Of a stretch of DNA of 64,000 nucleotides, positions 26,366 through 34,470 are shown piece after piece. The notes beneath the pieces were generated by a model. It worked only from the letters and a program-made list of their open reading frames with translations, was not told the DNA's origin and made no database searches. Numbering within the stretch: position 1 is the first letter of the stretch; every line of letters begins with the position of its first letter. This stretch comes from a virus: IMG/VR virus record IMGVR_UViG_3300044713_000119, positions 2,692 to 66,691 of that record; one strand, given 5' to 3'. The translations under genes and the position numbers were made by a program.

Positions 26366-29300
26366 TTATTGGGTTTGAACGACTGAAACATGGACGTCGT
26401 AGCTCACTGCTCCACCGCTGCAGGTGCCAGTGGTTAAAGTTGTGGTGTAGGAAATGTTGGTCGAAGAAGTCGCAAACGCCGGCACTGTACCGCCGATATA
26501 CCCCGCAGCTACCGATTGTGTCGTCCCCAGAGTCAACGCTGTCCCAGGGGTAAAAGACCGTGCGTTCGAGCCATCCGTCCAATTCAGTGTGATGTTGACG
26601 GTTCCTGATCCACTTCCGCAGAGCCCACTTTGGTCAAGGTAGTAGGTTGCGAGGAAACTGCCCCCGCTGGACGGCACCGCCAACGTCTGAGTCGAGAGGT
26701 TACCTGTCTGCCCGAGCTTATTCGAGACCGCATACACCGGGGTAAGGCCGACACCCACGGTCGAAGTGCCGTTGTAACTGGTGGCTAATCCTCCTATAGA
26801 AAGCGTTCCGGCTAGCGCCATATTGCCGCTCGAGTTGAGTGTCGAGGTGGCGGAAGGTGTCTGAACGGCTTCTGTGCCGCCACCAGTCACAATAGCCGTG
26901 CTCGTGAGCGTGGCCGCGCCGGTAACCACATTCGCTTTCGCGATGCCGCAGTCTTTTCCGTCAACTCCGACTGCTCCGCTCAGGTTATCGACACAAAGCA
27001 GATGATTGGTGGTCGGCGTGCCAGTCTGATTGAACCCCATCAGCGGCTCGGCGCCGGCGTTGTTTGCGTTGACTGATGGCCAATGGTTCGTAGAATCTCC
27101 GTAGATGAGATCGAAGCCTGCTTCACCGGAGGGAGCAACCATTTCGCCTAGACTCAGGCCGCCTTGAGTCTCAAACGGCAAAGTCGCGAGCACACCATTA
27201 CTGCCTGGACCGGTACCGACATAGCCCTGGGTGCCAAAGATGGCGTTATTGAAGGTCAGTCCAACTGCGTCAAACGATAGCGGCGCGTTGCCGGCACCGT
27301 TGGTAATCCAATAGTTGTTCCCAAAGCTTGAGTTCTGAATCGTCCACTGACACTGGCGGGGGCTACCTCCGCCGCAAGCTGTAGAGCCGGAGGCGTTGAG
27401 GATTCGCAAGCCATCCGTCAGCACGCTTTGGCAGTAGTAGCCTTGATTGTCGTGGAAGTTCAGGCCATCGACAACCAAGGTGTCCACCGCCTGCCCATTT
27501 CCAAGGTTGATACTGATTCCGTAACCAGCATCGCAGATCCGATTATCGTTGATCTCGATCTTACCCAGCAGACTAGGAGTGCCCGCAGGAGCTCCGGTGG
27601 TCTTGAAGAACACCAGAAATCCGCCACTGCCATTATTGATAACCGTACCGCTTGAGTTCACGTTGCAGAGATAGGCTTTGTTGTGGTGAGCGTGTCCACC
27701 CAAGCCGCCGACCGAGTAGCACTCCGAGGCCACGTTTTGAACTGTGTTGTTTGCGATCTCCCAATCGGTCGCGGACGGAGTAATCTGCATGCCATGGCAG
27801 CCTGTTGCGGCCGAGGTATTGTTCCCGGTGCATGCCATGTCAGTACCCAAGTGGTCGCCGCCGACAACATCGTTCTCGAGGATGTTGCCCGAGTACAGAA
27901 TGTTTTGGGTCCAGGCAAAGTGCCCGAAGGAAATCAGATTCACCGCGTACTGCGTGTTCGCGGTATCGTTGTCATAGAACTTGTTGTTGATGATCTGCTT
28001 CAGCCCAGGGTAAGGTCCGTTGGCGTTCGCATTCTGCTGCAGAGCTTGAGCGGAGTTCTGAGTAAACGTGTTGTTTCGAATCGTATAGGTATCTGAGTTC
28101 GTCAGATTCAGCCCAGCGCCGCCGCAATTGTTTACAAAGTTGTCTTCGAAGATAAACCCGCTCGAGACCCCAGCTGTGGTTGTGGCCACACAGATCATGC
28201 CGCTACCTGTATCACCGGACGCCAGTCGGTTGCCGTTGAATGTCATCTTCCGGATGGCCACATTCTGGATCGTTGAAGAACTGGCGCCGACCGTCAGCAA
28301 CGTGCCCGCGCCTGTCGGGGTCGTGGCATTGATAATCGTCTGCCCGTAAACCCCTTCAAACTCAACACCGGAGACGGTAACGCTCATCGTCGTCGAGCCC
28401 AAAGTGAACGCGCCAGCGGGCCAAATATATTTCACGTTCGCCTTGTTTGCCGCGAAGTTCGTCGTTACCGTGTTGGCGGCAGGGAGGTTATGACCATCGC
28501 AAACTCCACCACCAGAAGGAAGAGCTGCGGTGCAGGAGTTGTACTTCGCGAAAGCGTCAGCACCTGAGCAGGTGCTGACATCGAGAACCGCAGTCGTAGC
28601 TGTGACCGTCGACGAGCTCGCAGCGGTGACGAAGCCGCACTGCTGGAACGTCGGGAACGTCGAGTAGTTTTGAGCCTTGACGAAGGCTGTGGTCGCAACT
28701 GTGGTCGAACTGTCGCCTGTGGCCGGAGTTGGCGCGGTCGGTGTACCGGTCAGTGCGGGAGAAGCCAATGGGGCCACATTCGAAGATCCGCCTGCGGCTG
28801 TCCCAATCAAGAAGCCGCCCTGAGAACTAAGCGGTTGGGCTGGACCCGAGGCTGTGCAATTCGTCAGCGGCGAGTTGATCAGTTGATACGTGCCTGAGCC
28901 GCCAATGCACTGGCCACCATTGCCTGTAATAGAGCAGTTTTCAATGATCGTGTTCGAACCAGAAACGTTGATCCATGGGCTCGGAATTACGCTGGCACCG
29001 TTGATGAAGGTTGCCGCAGTACATTTCAGGTGAAAATTGTTGCCTGAGATGAAGATATCCGCGCCAGCAACGAGCGCAAGTTGCACCGAGTCGAGGTTGA
29101 TCTGGATGTCGTTCTGGGTGATCGTCAGAACCGAACTGCCACCCGCGCCGGTAGTCTGAGTTCCCGTCTTCTCTGTTTCGTCGCAAACCCCTCCGGTAGC
29201 TCCGGTAAGCAGCTCGTTCATGCAAGTGCGGAAATCTACGAACGGATCGGAGGTTGTTGGGAGACCAAGCCCGGAGGAATTGATTCGACGCAGGTAAGGC

Positions 29301-30718
29301 GCTAGCTGCGCAATCTGCTGGCTAGCTGACCCTGTGTCGCTACTCACATTCCAATAGAGATTCTGGCCAGCTTGGAAGCGAATGCTGCCACTTGTGGCAT
29401 TCGGCTCCGTACCTGGGGTCGCGCAACTGGTTGTACTCAAACCGCCAACCACCGTGTCGTAACACCACATCCCCTGGGGAAAATTAAGAATGCTTCGTTG
29501 GGTGACGGCCGTACCGTTGTTTTTGATCAGGTTGTACCCACCACCACCACCGCCGCCTGAGGCTGAAATCGAGACTGCGTTCCCCCCGGTCGGTGTCAGT
29601 GTGATGTTCGAACCAGCAATCAGGTTCAACCCGGTCTGGCCAGCATTGTTGATGCTATTCGTCTGAAAGACCAACGGACCATTAAGGTCGCTGTAATTTC
29701 CTGAAAACGCTACGTTCGCCAGCGCGCGCCAACTCTGATTCCCAACCAAAGCCGTCGAGCTCGAGGCAATGCCTGTTCCCAACTGCGCCGTTGGCACCAA
29801 CCCCATCACCAAACTGGCTTTCGCAGCCAGCCCGTTGTCCACATACTGCTTTGTCGCCGCCTGAAGCGCGCTCACCGGATCCGCAGCCAGCGTGATTGCA
29901 CCCGTCATGGTGCCACCGGTTAGCGGCAGGAATCCAGTGACCGTCGTCGGAATGTACTGCGAGCCGTTGTACCCAAGAAACTGACCCGCCATGGGTGCGG
30001 TGCTGTTTACAGCCACTCCCTGAATCGAGGTCGCGTTCCCACTTCCTCCGGCCGCGCCCGGGGTGTAGCAGAGCAGGGGCGTTGACCAGATCAGCGCTTG
30101 CCCGTTCGCCGGCGCCGTGGTACACACTGCAAAGCCTTGAATCTGAGTCGCATTCGCGCCGGTCGCTGTTAGACCTGTGACGGTGATACCGGAGAAATCA
30201 ACTGTGCCGGGACCCTTCCATGAGAACGTTGTGCCAGCCGGTTGCATGATCTTCTGATTCTGGGTGGGATTCGAGAAAATCAGGCCAAAGCCTGGCGGCG
30301 GCGGAGTGCCTGGTCCGAGCGAGAACGGCTGCGCTGTGGCGAGGTTGAAGGTGCTGCCTGCGAGAATCTGGTAGTTTAGGTCCCCAACTAATGGAGTCTG
30401 CTGATCACTCCAAGCTGTTACATGCCAAAGGGTTGAATAGGAGTTCCCGCACGTGATTTCATCATTGCCGTAGATCGTAGCCGGCAAATCGCTTTGGCGC
30501 AGGACGATATGCTTTTGGACGATCGATGCGGGGATGGTCGGAACCGAAGGAACGTTGAATCCACAGTAGTTCAGATCCAACGTGATGTAGGCGAACGGGA
30601 GCGGCTGGGTGTTCGGTCCGACAAACGTTGCTGTGACTGTAGCGGTGGCGAAGGCTGGAATAACTGAGGCAGTGGCAAGCAGAAGTAGAGCGAAGAGACG
30701 AACGAAGAATTTACCCAT
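26366..30718 (-). CDS. Tail fibre/tailspike with signal peptide and beta-helix domains
   Basis: Start MGKFFVRLFALLLLATASVIPAFA; canonical fibre repeats FLPLTGGTMTGAI...AATKQYVD and APLASPALTGTPTAPT...ATTAFV; right-handed beta-helix region. Confidence 0.8.
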   Translation of the reverse strand: MGKFFVRLFALLLLATASVIPAFATATVTATFVGPNTQPLPFAYITLDLNYCGFNVPSVPTIPASIVQKHIVLRQSDLPATIYGNDEITCGNSYSTLWHVTAWSDQQTPLVGDLNYQILAGSTFNLATAQPFSLGPGTPPPPGFGLIFSNPTQNQKIMQPAGTTFSWKGPGTVDFSGITVTGLTATGANATQIQGFAVCTTAPANGQALIWSTPLLCYTPGAAGGSGNATSIQGVAVNSTAPMAGQFLGYNGSQYIPTTVTGFLPLTGGTMTGAITLAADPVSALQAATKQYVDNGLAAKASLVMGLVPTAQLGTGIASSSTALVGNQSWRALANVAFSGNYSDLNGPLVFQTNSINNAGQTGLNLIAGSNITLTPTGGNAVSISASGGGGGGGYNLIKNNGTAVTQRSILNFPQGMWCYDTVVGGLSTTSCATPGTEPNATSGSIRFQAGQNLYWNVSSDTGSASQQIAQLAPYLRRINSSGLGLPTTSDPFVDFRTCMNELLTGATGGVCDETEKTGTQTTGAGGSSVLTITQNDIQINLDSVQLALVAGADIFISGNNFHLKCTAATFINGASVIPSPWINVSGSNTIIENCSITGNGGQCIGGSGTYQLINSPLTNCTASGPAQPLSSQGGFLIGTAAGGSSNVAPLASPALTGTPTAPTPATGDSSTTVATTAFVKAQNYSTFPTFQQCGFVTAASSSTVTATTAVLDVSTCSGADAFAKYNSCTAALPSGGGVCDGHNLPAANTVTTNFAANKANVKYIWPAGAFTLGSTTMSVTVSGVEFEGVYGQTIINATTPTGAGTLLTVGASSSTIQNVAIRKMTFNGNRLASGDTGSGMICVATTTAGVSSGFIFEDNFVNNCGGAGLNLTNSDTYTIRNNTFTQNSAQALQQNANANGPYPGLKQIINNKFYDNDTANTQYAVNLISFGHFAWTQNILYSGNILENDVVGGDHLGTDMACTGNNTSAATGCHGMQITPSATDWEIANNTVQNVASECYSVGGLGGHAHHNKAYLCNVNSSGTVINNGSGGFLVFFKTTGAPAGTPSLLGKIEINDNRICDAGYGISINLGNGQAVDTLVVDGLNFHDNQGYYCQSVLTDGLRILNASGSTACGGGSPRQCQWTIQNSSFGNNYWITNGAGNAPLSFDAVGLTFNNAIFGTQGYVGTGPGSNGVLATLPFETQGGLSLGEMVAPSGEAGFDLIYGDSTNHWPSVNANNAGAEPLMGFNQTGTPTTNHLLCVDNLSGAVGVDGKDCGIAKANVVTGAATLTSTAIVTGGGTEAVQTPSATSTLNSSGNMALAGTLSIGGLATSYNGTSTVGVGLTPVYAVSNKLGQTGNLSTQTLAVPSSGGSFLATYYLDQSGLCGSGSGTVNITLNWTDGSNARSFTPGTALTLGTTQSVAAGYIGGTVPAFATSSTNISYTTTLTTGTCSGGAVSYDVHVSVVQTQ

Positions 30719-30884
30719 AGCGAACCCATGAGCCCAATAACCAAGACGGGAACCAACGTGACCGCAACAATCTACGCTGAATCCGCTGAGGGAAAAGTGA
30801 CCCAAGCCTATGGCTCTGCCACCAAAGGAACTGATCACCAGCGAAGAATCGCCAGCATGCTTCATTTCTCTGTGCGGCTGTCAT
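30711..30884 (-). CDS. Small hypothetical protein
   Basis: ATG overlaps the upstream TGA; Trp/Arg-rich, 57 aa. Confidence 0.4.
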   Translation of the reverse strand: MTAAQRNEACWRFFAGDQFLWWQSHRLGSLFPQRIQRRLLRSRWFPSWLLGSWVRYG

Positions 30885-31177
30885 CAACTCAGCACCGGTC
30901 TTGTCGTAGGCATCTGCCAAACCAGAGGCCCGGCATAACCCGACTGCAAAAGTGCCCAGGCTGAGGTCATCGTGCCCGCAGCAATCATCTTTTCGCGACC
31001 ACTGTCGGAACTGTGACGGAACAGCGAACGCAGAACCGCGCCGCGGGCATGGTCATCTACATCCACCCAGTCGGCGTTACCCGCGGAGACTTCCCACTCA
31101 ACGTAGTGGATGTTCTTGCGAAGTAACGGACGATCTACAGCAGGATTGCTATGCTTTGCGAACAGGGGGGCACGCAT
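30884..31177 (-). CDS. Hypothetical protein (first gene of the late operon)
   Basis: 97-aa ORF following the predicted late promoter and leader. Confidence 0.55.
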   Translation of the reverse strand: MRAPLFAKHSNPAVDRPLLRKNIHYVEWEVSAGNADWVDVDDHARGAVLRSLFRHSSDSGREKMIAAGTMTSAWALLQSGYAGPLVWQMPTTRPVLS

Positions 31178-31376
31178 ATTTTCTGATGCTCGGCTTCGGC
31201 GCGCCGGCGGGCGGTATCTCTTGTGGCTGGATCAGCGCCCTAAGACCTGCAACGCTGTAGAACGAAGTTTACGCACGCACACGCAGAAGGAGGCTTGGAG
31301 CCTGACACCCCAAGCCTCTGGCCCGATCCACAAAGGTGGAGACTCACTTGATGCTTTTCCATGTACGTGTGCGCCA

Positions 31377-31406
31377 ATTATTCGCACAGTGAAAAACAAT
31401 TGTCAA
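31377..31406 (-). promoter_or_regulatory. Sigma70-like promoter for the leftward late operon
   Basis: TTGACA (31406-31401), 18 nt, AATAAT (31382-31377) in an AT-rich intergenic gap. Confidence 0.55.
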
Positions 31407-31462
31407 TCAAAATCTTGTGTTGAAATCTCGGACGCCACTATTAGGTGGGTAGGTCAGAAGTA

Positions 31463-32554
31463 CTACAGGGTTTCTAGGGCTAGAATCCTCCGGCCGATCC
31501 ACTTAATCACTGAAACCGTCACGGCGTTACCAAGTGCCCTGTAACGCGCCGAATCTAATCCTTGGGGCAACACGGGATAGTCCACCCTTTCGGAAAGTTC
31601 TGAAGCGTCTCGCACTCCGTGGGAGTCAGACGGCGAACTGACATGCAGGAATCCGCCTTGAGCATCGTTGTCGTCGGCTCCTCCGCTGCCAAGGTGTCGC
31701 AGAGCGGTTGTGACGTAATTGGTGTTGTGCCCTTGTCCTGTTCCGCCGGGGTCAGAACGCAAGCAAAACGCCTTTTCTCCGGCATCATCTGCCCCTTTGC
31801 CAGCATGGAGCAATCGAGAGTGTCCGTCGTCTGCGTGTCGTCCCAATACGAGGTTGTCCGATCCGTCTCCTCTTGGGCTGCTGTGGCCGTGGTGTCCTGC
31901 GGGGGCACTGAGAGCGCTTGCGACAAGTCCAACGGGGTAGTCGCTCTTTCCCGAGCCGCCCTTGGCCCACGTTCCGTCGATAGGTGCGGTGACGATGTTG
32001 AAATCATCTTCTTGGTGCCTTCCGCTTGAGTTGCCAGTGACTCCAGTGCCGCTTGTAAGCGGGACGGCAACGTCCTGCCCCGCTTCTCGGCCCGTCGCAA
32101 TATCCCCTTCGCCGCCCTCGGGCTCAAAAAGAACCTCTGGGGGACATGGCTTTCCAAAACGTCCGACAATGAACAAACGGCGGCGGCGCTGGGCGACTCC
32201 GAAAAACTGGCTGTCAAGCACGCGCCACGAAACCCCATACCCGCACTCGACCATAAGAACGCGGAGGACTTCTGCAAAGTCTCTTCCGTGGTTTGAACTG
32301 AGAAGTCCGGGAACATTCTCGAAGAGGAACCAAGTGGGTCGAAGCTCGCGCAGGATTCTTGCAAACTCGTAAAACAATCCTGTGCGTGCGCCCGCGAGTC
32401 CGGCCCGCTTTCCGGCAACCGAGGCATCTTGGCAAGGGACGCCGGCAGAGATGAGGTCAACCCACGGCAGGTAAGAATATCCGTCGCCCGCTGCGCCTTC
32501 TGGAAGTGTGTCTTTAGAACTGCCAGACAAAACGGTTCTCGCTCGACTTGCCAA
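31463..32554 (-). CDS. C5 cytosine DNA methyltransferase, polypeptide carrying motifs IV-VIII and X
   Basis: DLISAGVPCQD (IV), FENVPGL (VI), QRRRRLFIVG (VIII), ARYRALGNAV (X); TTG start 5 nt after GGAG. Confidence 0.8.
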   Translation of the reverse strand: MASRARTVLSGSSKDTLPEGAAGDGYSYLPWVDLISAGVPCQDASVAGKRAGLAGARTGLFYEFARILRELRPTWFLFENVPGLLSSNHGRDFAEVLRVLMVECGYGVSWRVLDSQFFGVAQRRRRLFIVGRFGKPCPPEVLFEPEGGEGDIATGREAGQDVAVPLTSGTGVTGNSSGRHQEDDFNIVTAPIDGTWAKGGSGKSDYPVGLVASALSAPAGHHGHSSPRGDGSDNLVLGRHADDGHSRLLHAGKGADDAGEKAFCLRSDPGGTGQGHNTNYVTTALRHLGSGGADDNDAQGGFLHVSSPSDSHGVRDASELSERVDYPVLPQGLDSARYRALGNAVTVSVIKWIGRRILALETL

Positions 32555-32844
32555 GATGTCTCCATTCCTGCGGCTTCCAAGCCAAGATCAAATCCGCCGA
32601 TGCCTGCGAAGAGGGAGCCGACTCTCATAGCGTCGAGTATGGGGCCATCATGTGCAGCCGGTACACTTCGGCAACCCGGTGAAGGCTTGAATTGAAACTC
32701 CATGGTTATGGAGCGCTTCGCTTCGGGATCGGTATTCAGGTCAGAGACGTTCTTGAGCAATCGCGCGACTTCATGCTCAAAGAGCTCCGGCACCGCCCCT
32801 CCGCAGATGTTGCCGATATTGCACTCGATGGGACCATCGTGCAT
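31555..32844 (-). CDS. C5 cytosine DNA methyltransferase, overlapping-frame polypeptide carrying motifs I-III and IX (MTase part starts at ATG 32628)
   Basis: SLFAGIGGFDLG (I), WQVE (II), TDI (III), RRLTPTECETLQNFPKGWT (IX); the N-terminal 72 aa resemble an unrelated phage protein. Confidence 0.75.
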   Translation of the reverse strand: MHDGPIECNIGNICGGAVPELFEHEVARLLKNVSDLNTDPEAKRSITMEFQFKPSPGCRSVPAAHDGPILDAMRVGSLFAGIGGFDLGLEAAGMETSWQVEREPFCLAVLKTHFQKAQRATDILTCRGLTSSLPASLAKMPRLPESGPDSRAHAQDCFTSLQESCASFDPLGSSSRMFPDFSVQTTEETLQKSSAFLWSSAGMGFRGACLTASFSESPSAAAVCSLSDVLESHVPQRFFLSPRAAKGILRRAEKRGRTLPSRLQAALESLATQAEGTKKMISTSSPHLSTERGPRAARERATTPLDLSQALSVPPQDTTATAAQEETDRTTSYWDDTQTTDTLDCSMLAKGQMMPEKRRFACVLTPAEQDKGTTPITSQPLCDTLAAEEPTTTMLKADSCMSVRRLTPTECETLQNFPKGWTIPCCPKD

Positions 32845-32934
32845 TAGAAATCCTCCAGACTTTCAACAGGAGCCGCCACTTTTCCAGTGTGGCAGCCCCT
32901 ATTTTCCTTGCCTACCTGTGCTCTTCGTGAAATA

Positions 32935-32963
32935 GATGTACTCCCGTCAGAATCAGGAGTCAA
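32935..32963 (-). promoter_or_regulatory. Putative leftward promoter
   Basis: TTGACT, 17 nt, TACATC; followed by a 12-bp GU-containing hairpin at 32868-32900. Confidence 0.35.
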
Positions 32964-32992
32964 GAAGAAAATGCTGTGCAAAAATAAATCTG

Positions 32993-33022
32993 TTGCTGTC
33001 GTGTATTCCTTGTGATATACAC
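32993..33022 (+). promoter_or_regulatory. Rightward promoter with GTGTAT-N10-ATACAC inverted-repeat operator
   Basis: TTGCTG, 17 nt, TATACA just before the RHH gene; the motif recurs at 33825-33855. Confidence 0.5.
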
Positions 33023-33031
33023 TGCTTCAGT

Positions 33032-33181
33032 ATGGCAACGAACCCTACAACGATTCGACTCCGAGCCGATGAAAAGCGGCTCCTGAAGCAACTCACCAAG
33101 CTCAAAGGATTGTCCGCGACCGACGTCATTCGCCAGGCAATCCGCGAGTATGCCGCAAAACAACAAAAGAGGACTGCGTAG
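33032..33181 (+). CDS. Ribbon-helix-helix (CopG/Arc-like) transcriptional regulator
   Basis: MATNPTTIRLRADEKRLLKQL...GLSATDVIRQAIREY. Confidence 0.8.
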   Translation: MATNPTTIRLRADEKRLLKQLTKLKGLSATDVIRQAIREYAAKQQKRTA

Positions 33182-33189
33182 GAGGCATC

Positions 33190-33366
33190 ATGGCCGCTGC
33201 TTCGTCACCTGTTTACGTTGAGCATTCTCGCGCTGTGTTATGCGCCGATTGCGGGGGGATCTCTGATGCGATTCTGAACTGCCCCTGTGGTTCTTCGGCT
33301 CTGGTAAACCTGGCCAACATATTAGATCGAGTAGCAGATGAGGAAAGGACGGCGTTTGATGCCTGA
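33190..33366 (+). CDS. Small zinc-finger protein
   Basis: Manual translation ...AVLCADCGGISDAILNCPCGSSALVNLANIL...; RBS AGGAGG. Confidence 0.6.
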   Translation: MAAASSPVYVEHSRAVLCADCGGISDAILNCPCGSSALVNLANILDRVADEERTAFDA

Positions 33367-33824
33367 GCCGCGTAATTGGAGTGACGGCAATCTGTGCTAC
33401 GACCTCGCTTTGTACAATGAGCGATTATCCGAATTGTCTGCGGCTCAGTATATCGCAGTTCTTCACGCGACTACTAAATGCTTTTTCGGACCGTCGGCTC
33501 ACTTGTACCATGAATATCACGACGGGTTCACGCCATCTCGCATCCCAAAGATTATAAGGACTCCATGTGCTGAGGCGTCGATCACCATCGCTAAGATCGC
33601 GCCATGCAGGTCGCTGCCATGAAGTGCTCTGGCCCATGTGGTCTCGACAAGCATCCACAACTCTTTCCAACATCACAAAGGAACCTTCCACCACAACGCG
33701 CTCGCATGTGCATGATGTGTCTCAGCCGCAAGCGTAAGCGGTTTATCGTGGCGCCTACCAAAGACCCATGGGCAGGGCGAAAGATGTGGAAGCAGACGAA
33801 CCAAGCACTGTACGTAAAACACGC

Positions 33825-33855
33825 TTGACAACGTGTATGGCAGTCTGATATACAT
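33825..33855 (+). promoter_or_regulatory. Rightward promoter with TGTAT-N11-ATACA operator
   Basis: TTGACA, 18 nt, TATACA; shares CGTGTAT and TGATATACA with 33000-33021. Confidence 0.6.
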
Positions 33856-33874
33856 AGTGACGGAGGCAACAAAC

Positions 33875-34063
33875 ATGGCCAAGTTAGAGAAAGACCTGCT
33901 AGGGGAATTGCTCTTAGGAACCTTTGGGAATCTGCACAAAGGCGACACGATTACCCTGCTGACCGGCGAAACACCTGAAGAGATCAAAGCACGCATTGCG
34001 AAGTCTCTCAGTTCTTCCGCGACCGATCCCAACATGTTCTACCTTGAGCGGGAGGGACAATGA
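33875..34063 (+). CDS. Hypothetical protein
   Basis: RBS GGAGG, start MAKLEKDLL. Confidence 0.55.
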   Translation: MAKLEKDLLGELLLGTFGNLHKGDTITLLTGETPEEIKARIAKSLSSSATDPNMFYLEREGQ

Positions 34064-34299
34064 CCGCCCTTCGCGAACGTCGCACTAGACTGGTCTTTGA
34101 AACAGATCAGGAAATGCGGCATCGTGGCAAACGCCGTCCTATCCTGGTCATGCCGCAACCTTGGTACTGCTCTGTGAGACTCAAAGGCACACGAGCAGTC
34201 TATGACATCGCCTGGGAAACGATCTTTATGCACGCTGCGCAACTGGTGGCGGATAAAGCGCGAGCCGAACGGAGAGCCGCGAGAAAGGCTGGACGCTAA
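34060..34299 (+). CDS. Hypothetical basic protein
   Basis: 79 aa, ATGA coupling. Confidence 0.6.
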   Translation: MTALRERRTRLVFETDQEMRHRGKRRPILVMPQPWYCSVRLKGTRAVYDIAWETIFMHAAQLVADKARAERRAARKAGR

Positions 34300-34452
34300 A
34301 TGCCATCTCTTGAGCAGTGGGAGCAAGACCTACTTCGCAGAGAACGCGAGTGGGAACGTCCGAAGAAGATGCCATTCAATAAGTGGTTCCCGCTGATGTG
34401 TGTCGTGGCTGGAGCGATTTGGGGAGTGGTTCTGTGGTTCGTATTTCGATAA
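34300..34452 (+). CDS. Small membrane protein
   Basis: Manual translation MPSLEQWEQ...WFPLMCVVAGAIWGVVLWFVFR. Confidence 0.5.
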   Translation: MPSLEQWEQDLLRREREWERPKKMPFNKWFPLMCVVAGAIWGVVLWFVFR

Positions 34453-34470
34453 ACAAACGGAGGCAACACA

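Noticed and set aside
14552-30718. Diversity-generating retroelement acting on the fibres
   Set aside because: No reverse transcriptase, and no TR/VR pair differing only at adenines was seen; the duplicated fibre module differs at all base types
30719-30865. 49-aa N-terminal extension of the 1499-aa ORF (and similar short extensions on other fibre ORFs)
   Set aside because: These overlap upstream genes; the downstream ATGs couple to upstream stops or have an RBS and give clean signal peptides
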